IMG/VR virus record: IMGVR_UViG_3300027801_000134
Coordinates: 1-26,899 of that record
DNA: 26,899 nt
Origin: a virus
Taxonomy: Duplodnaviria; Caudoviricetes
Reading direction: 5' to 3' (one strand)
Shown here: one piece after another, positions 8,172 to 15,874 of the stretch
Layout: the number at the start of each line of letters is the position of its first letter
How positions within the stretch are numbered: position 1 is the stretch's first letter
The notes under the pieces: generated by a model
What the model saw: only the letters and a program-made list of their open reading frames with translations
What the model was told of the DNA's origin: nothing
The model's database searches: none
Position numbers and translations under genes: made by a program

Positions 8172-9697
8172 CAACCCTTACGCGCTACGATGTCATCAAT
8201 GCGTAGGATAGCCGTTGCGACCTCCGTAGCACTTGTGATGATTTGTCGTATGAGTTGAGTTGGTTCAACGACACCTTTCTCAAATGTGTCACACACCGAA
8301 CCAACACCGTCACTGTCAATGTATAGACCATGATTAGACGGACAAGAGCGTAATTCCATTACAACATCAAGTGGGTCCATACCCGCATTGTTGGCGATAG
8401 CCGCAGGGATAATCTCAAGTGAATCAGCATATGCTTCAAGGCACATTCTTTCGCGCGCACTCAAACCGCTACACTCTTGCGCATGTTTGCGAACAGCAAC
8501 CGATGCTTTGGATAACGAAGCACCACCACCTGCAAGAACACCATCTCCTATATCACTCATGTATAGACAAATTACACCAAGCGCATCATCAAAGGCTCTC
8601 TCGTATTCGTCAAGCGTCTGTCGGGTAGCACCACGAACAACCATTGTGACAACGGTGGCATTAGGCACAATCACACTTACATAATCAAGGTCGCCGATAC
8701 GCTCTCGCTTGATAACTGAATCTTTAACAATGAGTTGTTTCTCATCAACATCAGTAAATCTGTGATAACAAGGCGCGCCTGTAATTCGGGTTAGAGCATC
8801 CATGTCGGATTGTTGAAGTCTGCTTACAACTGCAACACATTTCGCGGATAGATATTTGACAACCGCCTCATGCACACCATCACGAACGAAAAGAACATCG
8901 CACATATTGCTAATCTCTTGAGCCGCGTGTCCGAGCATTTGGAATTCCTCATCTTTGATTTGTTGAAGTTGAGCAGGGTCGCTAACTTGCATTTGAACTT
9001 CGCTTAAATCAAATCCTTCAAGCCCACCATCAAGTAGCAAGATTCGCGCATCCTTGTAAGCCTTAGTATCACCAACCATAGGGTCAGCGAAGTCTTTGCT
9101 TAGTATCAATCCAGCATTCCAATAAGAATCCTCCATTGAACCACCCGCTTGAGTGATGATACGAACACGGTCAAGATTCCCTTCAACCGCTTTCGCTACA
9201 TCAACACAAAGCGAAGCCGCATTATCTAAATGACTCTCCGTTGCTTTACCTCTCAACGCTGTCTTTGCAATTGCTATTTCGTCTCCTTTGTGTGTGCCTC
9301 CATTCACTCTCGCATTTCCAACACCCGCTAACGCAATAACACTTGCGCGGTTGTAAGCACGAACAATGGTTTGAGGATGAATACCTCTCAGTAGTAACCC
9401 TTCACTCAGTGCAAGCATCTGTCCACCGAGAACAACAACGCTTGTCGTTCCGTCTTTGCAGACCTGCTCTTGTGTTTGACTGATACCGACCATCATCTTA
9501 GCGCCGGGATGTGCTGTGTCAAGTTCTCTCAATATAGTCACACCATCATTGGTTACAATCGTATGTCCTTGTTCATCAACTAACATCTTGTCCATTCCCG
9601 CGGGTCCAAGTGTGGACCTCACGGTTTCTGCGATATTCACAGCGGCTCGTATGTTGCTAATTTGGGCTTCTCTTCCGTTTTTTCTTTCATCAGTCAT
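8171..9697 (-). CDS. ths: Group II chaperonin (thermosome subunit)
   Basis: STLGPAGMDKML, TNDGVTIL, HPGAKM, KDGTTS, ERAFDDAL, GGGA, GVVEP, ILRIDD; helical-protrusion-like apical segment. Likely start is MTDERK at 9697 (SD GGAGG). Confidence 0.95.
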   Translation of the reverse strand: MTDERKNGREAQISNIRAAVNIAETVRSTLGPAGMDKMLVDEQGHTIVTNDGVTILRELDTAHPGAKMMVGISQTQEQVCKDGTTSVVVLGGQMLALSEGLLLRGIHPQTIVRAYNRASVIALAGVGNARVNGGTHKGDEIAIAKTALRGKATESHLDNAASLCVDVAKAVEGNLDRVRIITQAGGSMEDSYWNAGLILSKDFADPMVGDTKAYKDARILLLDGGLEGFDLSEVQMQVSDPAQLQQIKDEEFQMLGHAAQEISNMCDVLFVRDGVHEAVVKYLSAKCVAVVSRLQQSDMDALTRITGAPCYHRFTDVDEKQLIVKDSVIKRERIGDLDYVSVIVPNATVVTMVVRGATRQTLDEYERAFDDALGVICLYMSDIGDGVLAGGGASLSKASVAVRKHAQECSGLSARERMCLEAYADSLEIIPAAIANNAGMDPLDVVMELRSCPSNHGLYIDSDGVGSVCDTFEKGVVEPTQLIRQIITSATEVATAILRIDDIVARKG

Positions 9698-9699
9698 CT

Positions 9700-10320
9700 T
9701 TATTCCTCCAATTTCCACAGCACTTCAAAATCTATTATCATGCCGGAGTTTGTATCTCGCGCTTTCACCACGCCTTTCTTGCGACCATGTTCAAACAGGT
9801 CGTAGTTGAGTTGGCAATCCATCAAACAATACTTCATCACTTCTGCGAACTTACCTTCTCGCCAAGCAACGGGTGCGTCTTCCGAATGCATAATCTCCTT
9901 ACCTTTACCAAGAGTGTGCTTGCACACATCATCAAGTGATACTGCTTGCCCTGCGCTTGAACGCAGGGTCCACGATGTATCAATGACTGTCTTACCCTCT
10001 TTGGCCTCTCTAAGAAGCACACCCGCGTAGTGCATATCAAGCGCGTCTCTTAGAACAGGCAAGTCAAATCCTCGTATGTTATGGCCTATGATAATACCAC
10101 CGCCATCAACATGTTTCTTAAGGTGTTCTCCTAAGACCTTTGGATGTAGCGGATGAACATTAGCGTTAGGCACATCAACTTGTTCTTTAGAAAAGATGTG
10201 CGCGTTCGTGCCGTCCCATGTCGCAACAACCGTTGGTTCAAAGAGGTGGGTTTTATCCCATCCTCCTATCTCATAAGAGAAGTTACCTGTCTCAATATCA
10301 ATCGCCATTATTTTACTCAT
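9700..10320 (-). CDS. DEDD/RNase H-fold 3'-5' exonuclease
   Basis: IDIET (ExoI), GHNIRGFD (ExoII), YCLMD (ExoIII). Confidence 0.85.
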   Translation of the reverse strand: MSKIMAIDIETGNFSYEIGGWDKTHLFEPTVVATWDGTNAHIFSKEQVDVPNANVHPLHPKVLGEHLKKHVDGGGIIIGHNIRGFDLPVLRDALDMHYAGVLLREAKEGKTVIDTSWTLRSSAGQAVSLDDVCKHTLGKGKEIMHSEDAPVAWREGKFAEVMKYCLMDCQLNYDLFEHGRKKGVVKARDTNSGMIIDFEVLWKLEE

Positions 10321-11753
10321 TGTGAATCACCTTTAGGGCGCATATACTTTGCATTACCTGTTCCGAAAGTATGATATTCAAACTTGTCCTTTACCGCTTT
10401 GAAGCGATGATAGGTTGCTGTTTGGCTACGACCTTGTTGGCTTTGGTATCGTTTTAATACCTCGCTCTTCAAGGACCAACCTTCACCCTTACCTTCAATA
10501 TCAATATCAGCACATACCTTGTATGCGCTCATCCAACCCTTCATGATTGTAGCCTGTGCTGTTGCGTTTGCACCAACTTCAACCTCAGCCTCAAGCCAAA
10601 GAACAAGTTGCTCATAAATATCGTAAATGACTTCTTCTGCCATCTCAACATCGTTGCCTGTGACGGACCAATCCTCTTCAATACCCACACCATCACGCAT
10701 GACTCTCATCATTGCAATATGAGTAGCGAACAGAACAGTGTATGATAGAACATTGGGGATAAAGGAACAGACCACTTCACTCAAATGTTTCTCCATACCT
10801 CTCACCAATGTATAGTAATTATCAACAGCCGACATTAGTTGAGGATGGAAGGACGCATCGGGAACAAACATCTCATCCATCATCGCGCGAGCCACTTCTT
10901 CTTTTTCTTTCGGTGACATGTTCTCCCATGCCTCATGGGTAATGTTTGCCTTCATCAATAAGCGCATCCTTACGCGCTCTTTCAAATGAACGAAGTGTTG
11001 TGCTATATCCTCAAGCGACTTCACTTTCTCCTTTGACCTGTTAAAGACGCGAGACATTCTATCCTCCGATACCTTCTGCCTCATACCTTCGCTCCACGGT
11101 CGGTAAAGAATCAGCACTCGCTGAAACAATCCCTTAGTGAGAACATAATCCTTGACACCCGCAGGTGGGAAGGATGTAATCCAAAACGATACGCGGGATT
11201 CAGTTTCCACTTTACCATTCTTCATGTGCTTAGTCAAAGTATTACTGTGACTACCGACAGTGTTCATCGCTTGTTGAAGATACAAAATTACTTCGGAGAA
11301 GAATTGCTTAGGGTTAGGTTGTAGTAAAATTGAACCTTCGTCAAAGTTTAAACACTTCTTACCCGCGAGCAGTCCCGGATTTTCAACTGTGATATACCCA
11401 CCGTCTCCGTCACTGACTGAATCTATTGACCCTATCAGTGCCGAGTCAGTTCCACTTGTGAACATCTCAGTTTCAAGACCTGCTAATTTCGCAACCTCTC
11501 CTGTGAATTCCCACGCGATTGTCTTACCCGACCGTGTGGCTTGAATCCAAAACACATGTATTCGGGGGTCAAGCGCGCTTTCGTCAACAGGAATGCGAAT
11601 CTCATCAACTGTCGCTTGCCCTTGTAGGTAAAAGAATGATATTAGACCCGGCACTTCGTTGTAATACGAGGTCCTTCTAAATCGGTCTAAGTAATCCTTC
11701 ATTACGGGGAATTCTTTCACTACGCTATATTGGTTCCATTGTCTTTGTTCCAT
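10317..11753 (-). CDS. Divergent MCM-like AAA+ ATPase, putative replicative helicase
   Basis: Walker A ATRSGKT; MCM-like 'SGTDSALIG...PGLLAG..CLNFDEG...QAM'; possible Arg finger FQR. Confidence 0.6.
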   Translation of the reverse strand: MEQRQWNQYSVVKEFPVMKDYLDRFRRTSYYNEVPGLISFFYLQGQATVDEIRIPVDESALDPRIHVFWIQATRSGKTIAWEFTGEVAKLAGLETEMFTSGTDSALIGSIDSVSDGDGGYITVENPGLLAGKKCLNFDEGSILLQPNPKQFFSEVILYLQQAMNTVGSHSNTLTKHMKNGKVETESRVSFWITSFPPAGVKDYVLTKGLFQRVLILYRPWSEGMRQKVSEDRMSRVFNRSKEKVKSLEDIAQHFVHLKERVRMRLLMKANITHEAWENMSPKEKEEVARAMMDEMFVPDASFHPQLMSAVDNYYTLVRGMEKHLSEVVCSFIPNVLSYTVLFATHIAMMRVMRDGVGIEEDWSVTGNDVEMAEEVIYDIYEQLVLWLEAEVEVGANATAQATIMKGWMSAYKVCADIDIEGKGEGWSLKSEVLKRYQSQQGRSQTATYHRFKAVKDKFEYHTFGTGNAKYMRPKGDSQ

Positions 11754-11815
11754 GCTTGTTATCTCCTTTTTTGTGACTGATGGTTTCGGGGGTAATCCCC
11801 CGTGGTCGTGTTCAG

Positions 11816-11822
11816 TCTATAA
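11816..11822 (-). promoter_or_regulatory. Putative archaeal TATA box (TTATAGA) upstream of the MCM-like gene
   Basis: Lies in one of two sizeable intergenic gaps; preceded on the - strand by purine-rich CGAAAATGG (BRE-like); SD AAGGAG lies further downstream. Confidence 0.4.
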
Positions 11823-11825
11823 CCA

Positions 11826-11841
11826 TTTTCGGTATTTCGGT
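11826..11841. repeat. 16-bp element TTTTCGGTATTTCGGT, copy 1
   Basis: Identical to 23004-23019. Confidence 0.85.
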
Positions 11842-11868
11842 TTTCGTCCTGCAATAAGAATAATATAA

Positions 11869-12558
11869 TCATCTTTTTTCCACCCTTACTGCGTCTTCGC
11901 TTGTGAGAACATCAACTACGCGGTTGCGTAGTATCTTCCCCATGCGGGGAACTTCTCTCAAGCAATCTCCACACGCGGCTTCTTCAATAGAACCGCATGC
12001 GTCAATGATAGCATCAGCCATGTCTGCGCCGATGCCCGGTATTGTTAGTAACATGTCTAAGCGCACATCGTTTGTGCTTACTCGCCTAACGGCTTGCGCT
12101 CCATGCCTACTTGCTTTCTTGTATGTCTTCTCATGAAGAGCGACCATAAATGCCGCCGCTTCACCTACGCTCGGCGCACGATATATGAGGCAGCCAAAGT
12201 CGGCTACCACACGACCGAGAAATCCGGTAATCTGTTTTAGAGCCGCGCTATAAGTAATCGCCGACCCTCTTATTTTGGCACTGTTGACATACTGTGTTAT
12301 GTCACCCCAAATGACAAGCCCAAAGTTACCTGCGTTGGCATCCATGTTGTCAAGTTGTCTCATGAGGTGGCCATTCCTCATTGATTGCATCAAGTCATCA
12401 ACACTCTTTGCTTCAATGAGCCACTCGCCACAACGATAGTCACCGTTGACAAGTTTCTCTCTTAGTATGTTGACTCTTGGAGAGCGTGACTTCGCGCGTC
12501 TCTCAATAGCATCGGGAAGCCGACCTCTCTCATTGGTATCAATAACGAGAGGATTCAT
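11869..12558 (-). CDS. ERCC4/XPF-family structure-specific nuclease with HhH
   Basis: VIDTNE, GDY, IEAKSVDDL (ERKxxxD variant), C-terminal IPGIG and VPRMG HhH motifs. Confidence 0.9.
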   Translation of the reverse strand: MNPLVIDTNERGRLPDAIERRAKSRSPRVNILREKLVNGDYRCGEWLIEAKSVDDLMQSMRNGHLMRQLDNMDANAGNFGLVIWGDITQYVNSAKIRGSAITYSAALKQITGFLGRVVADFGCLIYRAPSVGEAAAFMVALHEKTYKKASRHGAQAVRRVSTNDVRLDMLLTIPGIGADMADAIIDACGSIEEAACGDCLREVPRMGKILRNRVVDVLTSEDAVRVEKR

Positions 12559-12761
12559 ACAGACTCCTCCTTATGATGAGCGCAATAGTTACTATTATGT
12601 TTAGCCCATTGACCGCATCTTTTACCTACACTGTTCATACCTTTGCATCGGTTCTTGTCCGACGGTCCTTTGCTTCTGCAACTGATACAGTGAAAGACCC
12701 AACCCTTTTCTTTGCGTTTGTGACTACCTAAATACCCACATATCACACAATTTGCTCTCAT
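12555..12761 (-). CDS. Double Zn-finger small protein, 68 aa
   Basis: CVIC...CISC and CKGMNSVGKRC...YCAHH; ATGA overlaps at both ends. Confidence 0.65.
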   Translation of the reverse strand: MRANCVICGYLGSHKRKEKGWVFHCISCRSKGPSDKNRCKGMNSVGKRCGQWAKHNSNYCAHHKEESV

Positions 12762-13849
12762 GCTTCAACACCGCCTTCGCTATGCTCGCCTGTTCCGTCC
12801 CATAATTGACACTTACCTATACACAATCCCTTACCCATCAAACTCGCACATGATTCTTGATAGCCTGTATCAACAATTGTCTTGGTGTGGTATGTAGTAA
12901 CACCTTCATCATAGTCAGCCCACTGTAATGAACCTAAGAACTCCGAGATGGTAGCCACATGCTTCTCGCGCATCTGTGCTGTTGTTCTGCTAACATGCAG
13001 AAAGTTTCGTAGCCTCGCTCCAAGATACATAGCAAGACTCGCGCGGCTCACATGTGGTGGGTTACTACCCACTTGGCAAGCGGCCTCCATGAGACAGGGT
13101 AAGATTTTGATTTTACCCATGTTCACTGTATCAAACTGAACAGGTTCTCCACCCTCAACACGAAAGTTCTTTTTCTTTACATCTTTGATAGGGAGGTTGA
13201 CACCATGCTCACCGTAATAGTATGCTTTGTTGAGTGGGTTCTCAGCCATCTCGCATATCTCATCCCAACTCAATGTCAAGTCTTGAGTGTTGACAGGTAT
13301 GCTCCAACGAAGCACATGCTGTTTAGCATTATAGGAATTAGGAACGCGAATCATACGAGCCATGTCAAATGGCACAGTAGGGTCCATGCAATACAATTCC
13401 ATATCAGCCTTCCATTCATTGATGACTTTGCGGCCCGCGGCTTTGATGTGTGATACTTCAATACCGCTTGATGGCAGGTGTGTCTTGTCAAGGGCTATCC
13501 ATATGTGAAACCCATTGCCACTAAACCAAACAGCGTGTTTGATGTTAGCCCCAAGTAAATAATAATGCAAGCGAGCAACTTGGTCCACGACCTCATCACC
13601 ATCAACCTCTATCATGTTACTACCCTTACGATACTTCTTATCAAAGTCCAAAACAAAATTGCTTACTATGGCTGTGTTATATTCCGCGCGCCTACCATTT
13701 GGTTTCACGGCTCGGAATGAATAGACAGACATGTAAGCGCATTGGCTGTTGCGTAACGCACTCCAATACTTTTCAAATTCTGTTTGTGTGTGAACAATCT
13801 TTCGGAACAATCCTACCTCTTTTGGGAACTGTAAGTTGAGAAGACTCAC
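12758..13849 (-). CDS. priS: Archaeo-eukaryotic primase, PriS catalytic domain fused to PriL-like Fe-S C-terminal domain
   Basis: LDFD, FSGNGFHI and RMIRVPNS (AEP motifs), followed by LPC...PPHVSR...ESCASL..GLC..KC (PriL-CTD-like cysteines). Confidence 0.85.
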   Translation of the reverse strand: MSLLNLQFPKEVGLFRKIVHTQTEFEKYWSALRNSQCAYMSVYSFRAVKPNGRRAEYNTAIVSNFVLDFDKKYRKGSNMIEVDGDEVVDQVARLHYYLLGANIKHAVWFSGNGFHIWIALDKTHLPSSGIEVSHIKAAGRKVINEWKADMELYCMDPTVPFDMARMIRVPNSYNAKQHVLRWSIPVNTQDLTLSWDEICEMAENPLNKAYYYGEHGVNLPIKDVKKKNFRVEGGEPVQFDTVNMGKIKILPCLMEAACQVGSNPPHVSRASLAMYLGARLRNFLHVSRTTAQMREKHVATISEFLGSLQWADYDEGVTTYHTKTIVDTGYQESCASLMGKGLCIGKCQLWDGTGEHSEGGVEA

Positions 13850-13983
13850 TCTTCGCCCTCCTTGTAACTTAGCCCTGCTGTGATAGCAAACTCAACAACC
13901 TTGTCAATACAGTCAAAGCAAGTTGTGCGCTTAGCATACCTCATACCTTGCTGTATAATTCCACATAACTCACATGGCTTCAT
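13846..13983 (-). CDS. Unannotated CxxC-CxxC microprotein, 45 aa
   Basis: MKPCELCGIIQQGMRYAKRTTCFDCIDKVVEFAITAGLSYKEGEE; ATGA and GTGA overlaps with both neighbours. Confidence 0.7.
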   Translation of the reverse strand: MKPCELCGIIQQGMRYAKRTTCFDCIDKVVEFAITAGLSYKEGEE

Positions 13984-14894
13984 TGAGTAGCCCCCGGTAT
14001 AGCATACTTAGGACACAGTTCAAGGTATTGACAATAGCCACACTTGAAATCTGCTTTGGTTACAGGGAAGTCTTCCTCAAGATACATCTTGATAAGGTCG
14101 CGCATAGATTTCATCATACTTCGCTCACTCACTGACTTAACAGCCTCAATGTTCCAATGGTCTGCGGAAGAATACCTCCACCCCCAATGGGTGACGGCTC
14201 TATCAATACCATTCTCAATAAGAAAGGCGGGGTCTGCATTTTCAATAAGGAATTTATAGTAGGACATCTCTTTACGCATGCCCGACAACTTAGCGTCACT
14301 CCACTTACCCGTCTTCAACTCAAAAACCATCAGTCCACCATCGGGTGCTTCAAACACTCGGTCAATGATACCAACGAACTGAACAGGTATTGAACCATAG
14401 CCCGGAACTTCAACCTCTCGCTTAAGTTCTATGCGAACCTCATTCGCTAAAGGCATAGCAGTCTTAGCCATTGCCATTCGCGCGGTCTCGTAATCCATAA
14501 GCCACTCCATGTTGCGGTAGTAGTCATCATCATAGAAAGGGAACTCCGTGTTCTCGCTTCTTCTGTTGTTCACGATAGCGTCCTTGTTAGGGATATACTT
14601 GAGAAGGCTTCGTGATATATCACCACCGTTCTTTGCGCGCTGATGTAGTTCATCCACATCTGCACCTGCAAGGTTATCATAGAACATTTCTAATCCGTTG
14701 TGAACATCGTCTCCAAGAACAAGGTGCTTCACCAACTCCTGCTTGCGCGGGTAGTTATGCTGTAACCATAGTTGCTGAGCGCACCACGAAGGTGAAGTAA
14801 GTGTTGACTTACTCATGCGAATGATGATACCTTCCTTGCCCATTTCGGGAGTCCATGCATATGATGAACCGTCGTCGTAAATCTTGACACTCAT
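13980..14894 (-). CDS. PD-(D/E)xK exonuclease, Cas4/AddB-like
   Basis: N-terminal Cys (SWCAQ), G..VH, GIIDRV, FELKTG, C-terminal CGYCQYLELCP Fe-S ligands. Confidence 0.85.
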   Translation of the reverse strand: MSVKIYDDGSSYAWTPEMGKEGIIIRMSKSTLTSPSWCAQQLWLQHNYPRKQELVKHLVLGDDVHNGLEMFYDNLAGADVDELHQRAKNGGDISRSLLKYIPNKDAIVNNRRSENTEFPFYDDDYYRNMEWLMDYETARMAMAKTAMPLANEVRIELKREVEVPGYGSIPVQFVGIIDRVFEAPDGGLMVFELKTGKWSDAKLSGMRKEMSYYKFLIENADPAFLIENGIDRAVTHWGWRYSSADHWNIEAVKSVSERSMMKSMRDLIKMYLEEDFPVTKADFKCGYCQYLELCPKYAIPGATQ

Positions 14895-15040
14895 TCAAAC
14901 CACTCCTCGGTAAAAACCCACATCCAATGTAAGTTTGAGGTAACTCTTGGGAAGTTGTTCGCGTTTGTGTCAACACTGTAAAACACACGAACACCTTTAG
15001 GGTATGTTGCATCAATTCTTTTTTGTAGTTCGTCACTCAT
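14891..15040 (-). CDS. Unannotated microprotein, 49 aa
   Basis: MSDELQKRIDATYPKGVRVFYSVDTNANNFPRVTSNLHWMWVFTEEWFE; ATGA overlaps at both ends. Confidence 0.65.
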   Translation of the reverse strand: MSDELQKRIDATYPKGVRVFYSVDTNANNFPRVTSNLHWMWVFTEEWFE

Positions 15041-15189
15041 TCTTCTTCCTCCTGTATTTTCTTGAGAGGCTCACCGAGATTGTTCCCGCCGCAAGGTATA
15101 GGGCTATCATTCTTGAAGCAGAATCTAAACCCTGCTCTTGTGTAGTTGTCGCATTTCCTACGCGCGCATTTATTAGCAGTCAATCTCAT
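15037..15189 (-). CDS. Unannotated Cys-rich microprotein, 50 aa
   Basis: MRLTANKCARRKCDNYTRAGFRFCFKNDSPIPCGGNNLGEPLKKIQEEEE; ATGA overlaps at both ends. Confidence 0.65.
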   Translation of the reverse strand: MRLTANKCARRKCDNYTRAGFRFCFKNDSPIPCGGNNLGEPLKKIQEEEE

Positions 15190-15302
15190 TCTTCTTCACC
15201 TACGGTTAGGAACTGACAACCACATTTGAGACAAAGGGTGTAACCCGAACTTGTCATCTCGTATGGTTGGTTGCATTTACATGGTTTCTTTATTGTTTTC
15301 AT
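15186..15302 (-). CDS. Unannotated Zn-ribbon microprotein, 38 aa
   Basis: MKTIKKPCKCNQPYEMTSSGYTLCLKCGCQFLTVGEEE; ATGA overlaps at both ends. Confidence 0.65.
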   Translation of the reverse strand: MKTIKKPCKCNQPYEMTSSGYTLCLKCGCQFLTVGEEE

Positions 15303-15451
15303 TCTTCCTCATCCTCCTGTATGCCCATAGCCAATTCATAAGCATCCCATGATGTATTGTATTGACCTGCTTTCGGGGCGAACTGTTCTAACCACTCAAT
15401 ATATTCCATCTGTTCCTTGAGTTCTCTCTTCACACTATCTAATTCATTCAT
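15299..15451 (-). CDS. Unannotated acidic microprotein, 50 aa
   Basis: MNELDSVKRELKEQMEYIEWLEQFAPKAGQYNTSWDAYELAMGIQEDEEE; SD GAGGTGA; ATGA overlaps. Confidence 0.65.
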   Translation of the reverse strand: MNELDSVKRELKEQMEYIEWLEQFAPKAGQYNTSWDAYELAMGIQEDEEE

Positions 15452-15636
15452 TCGCTCACCTCACATTCATTCGGGCATTCTTCCTCATCGTTAAGTTTGT
15501 CACCACAGTGTTTGCATGTAGGGCATTCACACATCTCTTCGTAGCAACCACAAGATAGTTTCTCAACACCATCCATGTCTTCTTCACCAAAAGACCATGA
15601 CGGACAATCATCGGGATAGTTTCTCATCAATGTCAC
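15448..15636 (-). CDS. Cys-rich acidic small protein
   Basis: CGC...CECPTCKHC...CPNEC; coupled to its neighbours; the start could alternatively be 15627. Confidence 0.6.
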   Translation of the reverse strand: MTLMRNYPDDCPSWSFGEEDMDGVEKLSCGCYEEMCECPTCKHCGDKLNDEEECPNECEVSE

Positions 15637-15869
15637 GCTCCCATTGGTGCGCGAACAGTATGAATAAAGATTACATCGGGATGATATTTCCGTAGTTCTT
15701 CTTGTAGTTCAGCAACAGCCCTCACAACAGTCATGCTGTTAGTAAGTTCCTTTTGGATATATACATTCTCCGTCTCAAGGTTTTCTATTTCAGTCTCTAA
15801 ATTTCTAACCTGTGTTTCAAGGTTAACTATTCGCTCTTCTATCTTTTCTATCTTTTCTTCTTCGTTCAT
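15633..15869 (-). CDS. Small coiled-coil protein
   Basis: Heptad repeats NLETQVR/NLETEIE/NLETENV; likely start MNEEEK at 15869 after a GGTGA SD. Confidence 0.65.
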   Translation of the reverse strand: MNEEEKIEKIEERIVNLETQVRNLETEIENLETENVYIQKELTNSMTVVRAVAELQEELRKYHPDVIFIHTVRAPMGA

Positions 15870-15874
15870 ATCAA

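Noticed and set aside
13980-14894. Cas4-like gene as evidence of a CRISPR-Cas system
   Set aside because: No repeat-spacer array or other cas genes are present; solo Cas4-like nucleases are common in archaeal viruses.
14809-15036. 75-aa ORF from the track
   Set aside because: The alternative frame 14891..15040 has exact ATGA overlaps at both ends and does not intrude into the nuclease gene.
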